Shown piece by piece: positions 58,666-64,000 of a stretch of 64,000 nt of DNA. The number at the start of each line of letters is the position of its first letter. Within the stretch, counting starts at the first letter, position 1. The stretch is from an uncultured Gammaproteobacteria bacterium (GTDB lineage Bacteria; Pseudomonadota; Gammaproteobacteria; Pseudomonadales; Pseudohongiellaceae): the NCBI GenBank assembly GCA_913031035.1, contig CAJWGN010000001.1, forward strand, positions 2,923 through 66,922, read 5' to 3'. The position numbers and the translations under genes were made by a program. The notes below the pieces were generated by a model, which did not search any database, was not told the origin of the DNA, and worked only from the letters and a program-made list of their open reading frames with translations.

Positions 58666-59274
58666 ATGAATAAACACTTAAGTAAAATCGTTCTAGTACC
58701 CATGATCGTTCTTTTTCTAGGGAACTGTGGTGTAAATAACGTGGTGATAGAAGGGCAGTTTCCTACGCCCAATATTAGCAAAATGCCTGTCTATGTAGCG
58801 GTGATCTACGACCAAGCTTTGAGGGATTTTTCTTACCTTGAATACACTGAAACAGGATCCGAAGAATTTAATATCCAAAGCGGTGCCTCTCACGTGGAGT
58901 TGTTTAATTCGATAACACCGGCGATGTTTGAGCAGGTAATTTTTGTCGACACCTTAGAAGAAGCTCAAATCGCTGGAGTCGATGCAATATTCGCCCCTGC
59001 TATTGAGGAGTTTCAACTGGCGCTGCCAGCGAAAACAAAGCTGGACGTCTATGAAGTGTGGATAAAATATAATATGCGACTTCTCACCGCTCAAGGAGAC
59101 TACATCGCTGACTGGGTTTTGACGTCCTACGGCAAGACACCAACCGAATCATTTCAAACGGTAGAAGGGGCAATTAATGATGCGGCTGTGATCGCCTTAA
59201 GAGACCTTGCCTCCAGCTTTTCGCTAAGTTTTAGCGATGTACCTGAAGTCCGAGATTGGCTGGATCAGCAATAA
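58666..59274 (+). CDS. Lipoprotein, unknown family (202 aa)
   Basis: Has the lipobox LFLGN|C and an SD AAAGGA upstream. Confidence 0.6.
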   Translation: MNKHLSKIVLVPMIVLFLGNCGVNNVVIEGQFPTPNISKMPVYVAVIYDQALRDFSYLEYTETGSEEFNIQSGASHVELFNSITPAMFEQVIFVDTLEEAQIAGVDAIFAPAIEEFQLALPAKTKLDVYEVWIKYNMRLLTAQGDYIADWVLTSYGKTPTESFQTVEGAINDAAVIALRDLASSFSLSFSDVPEVRDWLDQQ

Positions 59275-59302
59275 AGCTGATAACCAGTTAAGAGAGTCAA
59301 AA

Positions 59303-59980
59303 ATGAATCCTAATCCTATTTTTAAAGAAGGCCGCTTCAAATTTTTGTTGTTGATGGCGTTAAGCTTTGTAGTTTCTTGCACTAGCACTACAGTTGATGA
59401 GTTTAGGCAGGGTGAAACTGGAATCAGCGATGATGAAACCGTCGTTGTTCTTGGCCGACGTCAAGCCAGCGACTATGAAACGAGGTCAGAGTTTATTGAA
59501 TGCGTGGGCGATAAAATGGCTCGGGGGGACAACGCGCTCAATATTATTCCTGAACAAGAGTTTATAGATGCTATGTTTCCCTGGTTTGAGCCTCGCACTG
59601 CGCCACTCAGAACTCAAGACTTAGCTAAGCTAATGTCAGAAGATGTGGTGGCAGATAAAATGGGTGAATTTGGCATTCGTTATATTGTCTGGGTCGATGG
59701 TTTTACTGAGACATCAGGAAGAACGGGATCAATATCTTGTACTGTTGGGCCAGGCGGAGCTGGATGCTTTGGCTTTGGTACTTGGGAAGACGATGCCAAT
59801 TTTGACGCTAGAATATGGGACGTTGGCTCATTCACCAATGTTGGGACCATCAATACCGATGCGTCGGGCCAATCATATTTGCCGGCATTGGTTATTCCAA
59901 TACCTCTAATTGCTCGAGTGGAAGCGAACGCTTGTTCGCGGCTGGCAGATCAGCTTAAAGGATTTGTTAATGGCAGCTAG
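59303..59980 (+). CDS. Lipoprotein, unknown family (225 aa)
   Basis: Has the lipobox SFVVS|C after MNPNPIFKEGRFKFLLLMAL. The start was chosen at ATG 59303; the track ORF begins at 59237 inside the upstream gene. Confidence 0.6.
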   Translation: MNPNPIFKEGRFKFLLLMALSFVVSCTSTTVDEFRQGETGISDDETVVVLGRRQASDYETRSEFIECVGDKMARGDNALNIIPEQEFIDAMFPWFEPRTAPLRTQDLAKLMSEDVVADKMGEFGIRYIVWVDGFTETSGRTGSISCTVGPGGAGCFGFGTWEDDANFDARIWDVGSFTNVGTINTDASGQSYLPALVIPIPLIARVEANACSRLADQLKGFVNGS

Positions 59981-60013
59981 CTGCCCATTCAATGAAGAAA
60001 TTCAGGTGTCATC

Positions 60014-61528
60014 ATGACTAGTTTGTATAACTTAATTTCACATATCATCACGCCGTACGCTTTAGTAAATCAGCTTCCTAGAAGACTTCTTTTGTGTGCT
60101 CTATTTTCCTCGATGGTGCTGTCTTGTTCAGTAAACCCAGCAACCGGAGGCGCTAATTTAGTATTAATGACTGAGAAAAAAGAAAAAAGAATCGGTCAGG
60201 AGGAACATGAAAAAGTACTCGCTAGCATGCCGTTATTTGAGGATGAGGAATTACTAATATATGTACGTATGGTCGGAAACAAAGTGGCTAATGTTAGCCA
60301 TCGACCTAATCTAGAATATACATTCAATATAATTGATAGTCCTGAAATCAATGCTTTCGCCTTACCTGGCGGATATGTCTATGTAAACCGCGGCCTACTT
60401 ACTTTCATGAACACAGAAGCTGATTTAGCAGCTGTACTTGCTCACGAGATTGGTCATATCACGGCACGCCATGGCGTGCAACAGCAAGCAAGAGGAACGC
60501 TGGCAAGAACAGCAGCTCAAGTAGGTGGGGTGGTGACAGCTGTAGCTACTGGAAGTGGGTATGTTGGCTCGCAAATCAGTGAAGTTGCTTCCATATGGGC
60601 ACAAACAGGATTGAGTGGGTTTGGTAGGGAGCATGAACTCGAAGCAGATAGTCTAGGTGCAGAATATATCAAAGAGGCTGGGTACGATCCCGCTGCTATG
60701 ATTAATGTTGTCACCGTTTTAAAAAATCAGGAAGATTTTAGCAAACGCGTCAATAATGGAGGTGGGGGCTACCATGGATTATTTGCTACCCATCCCCGTA
60801 ATGATACTCGATTACAAGAAGCCATCGCGGCGGTTGCCAGTTTAGATAATGATGAAATTCGAAAATTAGACAATACTGAATTTAGAGAAAATATAAACGG
60901 GTTGATAATTGGCGCTAGCCAAGCTTCCCAAACGCAAGATGCGCGAAATCGATACTATCAAGCACTGTTGGGTTATACATTGTTATTTCCTGATGATTGG
61001 CAGGTTTCAGAGACTACCACTACAGTGATCGCGAGCAATGAAAGTGTCGGCAATATGAAGATTGAAACCCAGCGCCTTCAGGATAACGTAGACCCACGTG
61101 TCTTTTTAAGAGATACGGTTGGTATTAGTAACCTACAAAAATCTGAATCGTTAGTTCAATACCGACTTCAAGGACATACAGGAACAAACCTTTTGGAAAA
61201 TGGAAACACCGAAAGAGTCGCGGTGATTTACTTAGGTCCTCGTGCTTTCGTTTTTCGAGGTGAAATTACTGACCAATCATCAAGCGACGAAATTGACGAT
61301 CTCCTGCTTTCTACAATCAGGACATTTAGATCAATTCAGAGAGGTGAAGTCGTAGCAGGGACAGAGTTAAAACTAAAATATGTTCAAGCGAGCGAGTTCT
61401 TTGACTTTGCTGTAGTGGCTCAAAGTAGCAAAATAGCGAACTATCCGGAAGAAACTCTACGGCTCTTAAATGGCTACTATCCTGCCGGCAGCCCGGAAGA
61501 AGGTGAGTGGATCAAGTTGATAGAGTAG
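60014..61528 (+). CDS. M48 family zinc metallopeptidase lipoprotein with a C-terminal domain of unknown function
   Basis: Has the lipobox SMVLS|C. It also has INAFALPGGYVYVNRGLL, the HEXXH motif LAHEIGHITARH and a downstream E (GREHELEAD). Confidence 0.85.
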   Translation: MTSLYNLISHIITPYALVNQLPRRLLLCALFSSMVLSCSVNPATGGANLVLMTEKKEKRIGQEEHEKVLASMPLFEDEELLIYVRMVGNKVANVSHRPNLEYTFNIIDSPEINAFALPGGYVYVNRGLLTFMNTEADLAAVLAHEIGHITARHGVQQQARGTLARTAAQVGGVVTAVATGSGYVGSQISEVASIWAQTGLSGFGREHELEADSLGAEYIKEAGYDPAAMINVVTVLKNQEDFSKRVNNGGGGYHGLFATHPRNDTRLQEAIAAVASLDNDEIRKLDNTEFRENINGLIIGASQASQTQDARNRYYQALLGYTLLFPDDWQVSETTTTVIASNESVGNMKIETQRLQDNVDPRVFLRDTVGISNLQKSESLVQYRLQGHTGTNLLENGNTERVAVIYLGPRAFVFRGEITDQSSSDEIDDLLLSTIRTFRSIQRGEVVAGTELKLKYVQASEFFDFAVVAQSSKIANYPEETLRLLNGYYPAGSPEEGEWIKLIE

Positions 61529-61701
61529 ATAAAGTGGATAGCTAAGCCAGGTTACTCACCGCTATCGACACTCCCGTCCTTCCAATTAAAGACTATATTG
61601 TCCTAAATCTTTGTTTTTACTCATCGCAAGGTTAAACTGGATGCTTCATTTTGCAGCGTCTATGGACTCCTATTTAGGCGTTCTTTATAGGAAACAGATC
61701 G

Positions 61702-63495
61702 ATGGCGGTTATTGAAGAAAAGACAAAAAGCGCTCAAAAGAATAATGCAGCCCTTGATCTAAAAGGGTTTATCAATGGGCTGGCTGCATCTGGGCGAATT
61801 AGTCAAAAAGATCTCGAGTTTATAATCAACAATAGGCGTAAACCAGAGGAGCGCGATCACCATATTCTGCGCTATCTTGCCAATCTTGGGCTTGAAGACA
61901 GGCTTAGTGTTGGTAGCGTTTTAGATATTGAATCTCTGACTATGGAGCTCAGCAAGCAGAGCAGTCACCCCTACCATAGAATTGACCCCCTCAAAATAGA
62001 CGTGGCTAAAGTAACGGGAGTGATGTCCTTCGCTTTTGCCAAGAGACATAAAATATTGGTGGTTGAAGTCACTGCACTTCAAGTCACCGTTGCTTGTGCT
62101 GAACCTTATATAAACTCCTGGGAGGCGGACCTTGCCCACACTTCTCAGAAAAAAATAAAGCGGGTTGTCGCAAACCCAGTAGAAATAGAGCGGGTGGCGA
62201 GAGAGTTCTACAGCCTATCAAGTTCCATTAGAGGAGCTTCGGCGAGCGGCACTCAAAATAAGGGGATCGGTAATCTTGAGCAAATGCTTGAGCTTGGAAA
62301 ATTAAAAGATCCTGAAGCAAATGACCAGCACATTGTTAATGTAGTCGACTGGCTTCTTCAGTACGCATTTGAACAAAGAGCGAGTGATATACACATCGAG
62401 CCCCGACGAGAGCAGGGCAATATTCGTTTTCGAATTGATGGTGTACTCTACACCGTTTATGCATTACCAATGCAGGTGCTGAGTGCAGTTACAAGTCGGT
62501 TAAAAATATTAGGTAGAATGAACGTTGCAGAAAAGCGTAAGCCTCAAGATGGCAGGATAAAAACCAAAAGCCCTAAGGGAAACGAAGTTGAACTGCGACT
62601 TTCGACATTGCCGACGGCATTTGGCGAAAAGCTGGTAATGAGAATTTTTGATCCTGAGGTTCTCCTCAAGCCGTTTGAAGAACTGGGCCTAGCTAATGAT
62701 GATCTTGGTCGATGGGATAAAATCATCGGTAACAATAACGGCATTGTTATTATTACTGGTCCAACGGGTAGTGGAAAAACTACGTCACTGTATTCGACTC
62801 TTAAAAGCCTTGCTACCGAAGAGGTAAATGTTTGTACAATTGAAGATCCAATAGAAATGGTTGAGGACAGTTTTAATCAGATGCAGGTGCATGAGAACAT
62901 TGATTTAAATTTTGCCGATGGTGTTAAGGCGCTTCTGCGGCAAGATCCAGACATCATAATGATAGGTGAGGTCAGGGATTTGCCTACAGCTGAGATGGCG
63001 ATTCAAGCTGCATTAACCGGCCATTTAGTCTTCACTACCCTGCATACTAATGATGCCCCTTCGGCAATTACTCGTTTGCTGGAACTAGGAGTGCCTTCAT
63101 ATCTGATTAAAGCCACGGTAATTGGGATAATGGCGCAACGATTGGTGAGAGTGCTTTGCCCACATTGCAAACGGAAAACCGAGGTTAATCAAGAAGTATG
63201 GGATTCAGTGACATTGCCATGGAAAGTAAAGCTACCTAAAAATACTGCTGAAGCGGTAGGTTGTTTGGAGTGTCGTAATACCGGTTATAGAGGGCGTCAA
63301 GGGATTTATGAGGTAATGCCGTTTACTGAAACATTGCAAAAATTTTCGGACAACAAATCGGATTTGCCGGAGCTAAGAAAGCAGGCCTATAAAGAAGGAA
63401 TGGTAAGTTTACGCTTAAGCGGAGCTCAAAAAGTTGCCGCTGGTACAACTACCATTAATGAAGTTTTAAGAGTGTCGCCAGACAACAATCATTAA
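61702..63495 (+). CDS. GspE/PilB-family secretion ATPase (orphan in this window)
   Basis: Has Walker A GPTGSGKTT, the Asp box EDPIE, Walker B IIMIGEVRD, the His box TGHLVFTTLHTND, and the tetracysteine CPHC...CLEC. A ~190-aa N-terminal T2SSE_N-like region is present. No GspF/PilC-type platform gene is nearby. Confidence 0.9.
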   Translation: MAVIEEKTKSAQKNNAALDLKGFINGLAASGRISQKDLEFIINNRRKPEERDHHILRYLANLGLEDRLSVGSVLDIESLTMELSKQSSHPYHRIDPLKIDVAKVTGVMSFAFAKRHKILVVEVTALQVTVACAEPYINSWEADLAHTSQKKIKRVVANPVEIERVAREFYSLSSSIRGASASGTQNKGIGNLEQMLELGKLKDPEANDQHIVNVVDWLLQYAFEQRASDIHIEPRREQGNIRFRIDGVLYTVYALPMQVLSAVTSRLKILGRMNVAEKRKPQDGRIKTKSPKGNEVELRLSTLPTAFGEKLVMRIFDPEVLLKPFEELGLANDDLGRWDKIIGNNNGIVIITGPTGSGKTTSLYSTLKSLATEEVNVCTIEDPIEMVEDSFNQMQVHENIDLNFADGVKALLRQDPDIIMIGEVRDLPTAEMAIQAALTGHLVFTTLHTNDAPSAITRLLELGVPSYLIKATVIGIMAQRLVRVLCPHCKRKTEVNQEVWDSVTLPWKVKLPKNTAEAVGCLECRNTGYRGRQGIYEVMPFTETLQKFSDNKSDLPELRKQAYKEGMVSLRLSGAQKVAAGTTTINEVLRVSPDNNH

Positions 63496-63577
63496 ATGAG
63501 AAATACTCAAAGCACTCATTGTGGCGCCTGCCCTAGGTTGAAATTACTCTTAAATAGCAAGTCAGCTACCGCTCGTA

Positions 63578-64000
63578 ATGAATAAATTGCAGCAGGAGAA
63601 GTTTCTAATCATAGGGCCGTCTTGGGTGGGCGATATGGTGATGGCTCAGGCTTTATTTATCCGCCTCAAACAGAATAGCCCTGACAGTGAAATTACGGTT
63701 ATTGCTCCAGCATGGGCTATTCCCGTCCTGGAGCGAATGCCTGAAGTAAACAATAGCCAAAGCTTGTCACTAGCGCATGGTGAACTCGGCCTTCTCAAGA
63801 GAAGACAAATCGGCAAGTCTCTAAAGGATCAGGGTTTTACGACAGCTATTGTTTTGCCCAACTCTTTCAAATCTGCACTTATCCCCTATCATGCGCAAAT
63901 ACCGGTAAGAATAGGTTGGCGTGGGGAATGGAGAAAGCCGCTTCTTACCGATTGCAGAAAACTGGACAAGGAAAAATTTCCGCTAATGGTGCAAAGATTT
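63578..64000 (+). CDS. waaF: ADP-heptose:LPS heptosyltransferase II (GT9), N-terminal fragment running off the window
   Basis: My own translation is MNKLQQEKFLIIGPSWVGDMVMAQALFIRLKQNSPDSEITVIAPAWAIPVLERMPEV...AIVLPNSFKSALIP..A.IP.RIGWRGE.R..LL.D, the classic WaaF N-terminus. The frame is open to the window end. Confidence 0.85.
   Translation, partial: MNKLQQEKFLIIGPSWVGDMVMAQALFIRLKQNSPDSEITVIAPAWAIPVLERMPEVNNSQSLSLAHGELGLLKRRQIGKSLKDQGFTTAIVLPNSFKSALIPYHAQIPVRIGWRGEWRKPLLTDCRKLDKEKFPLMVQRF

Overview
The window is a 64-kb chromosomal segment that looks gammaproteobacterial. Gene order is Pseudomonas/Cellvibrionales-like: recG-ridA-spoT-rpoZ-gmk, yicC/rph-pyrE, slmA-argB-algC-coaBC/radC-rpmB-rpmG, rpoH-ftsXEY, and coaD/mutM. 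GC content was judged by eye only, at roughly mid-40s percent. All domain calls come from motifs I read in the supplied translations; no searches were run. I support about 65 coding regions and found no rRNA, tRNA, CRISPR array, integrase or obvious prophage.

Positions 1-46 kb are mostly housekeeping. They also hold a decayed glutathione S-transferase pseudogene, an orphan fabF with a perfect upstream palindrome, a split TRAP transporter locus, a Y1-transposase-fold::DnaA-C fusion with degenerate catalytic motifs, and a solitary hyuA.

The stand-out region is 46.3-61.5 kb, possibly extending to 63.5 kb. It holds 14 tightly packed same-strand genes, almost all predicted to be envelope-located. 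They are built around a MotA/ExbB-type proton channel. Its partners are two paralogous proteins that join a TolR/ExbD-like Asp-containing TM anchor to a coiled coil and a periplasmic vWA (MIDAS) domain. Also present are:
- a cytoplasmic Hsp70/actin-fold protein with degenerate nucleotide-binding motifs
- a five-PEGA-repeat protein fused to a Cys-less FGE-sulfatase domain
- TPR-like scaffolds, one with a TonB_C-like end
- four or five lipoproteins, one with about 300 aa of S/G/Q low complexity
- an M48 protease, followed by an orphan GspE-type ATPase

This architecture does not match Tol-Pal, Ton, the flagellar stator, Agl-Glt, GldLM/T9SS, Zorya or Bat/MoxR loci as I know them. I flag it as a candidate undescribed PMF-coupled trans-envelope system. 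Novelty must be checked against databases.
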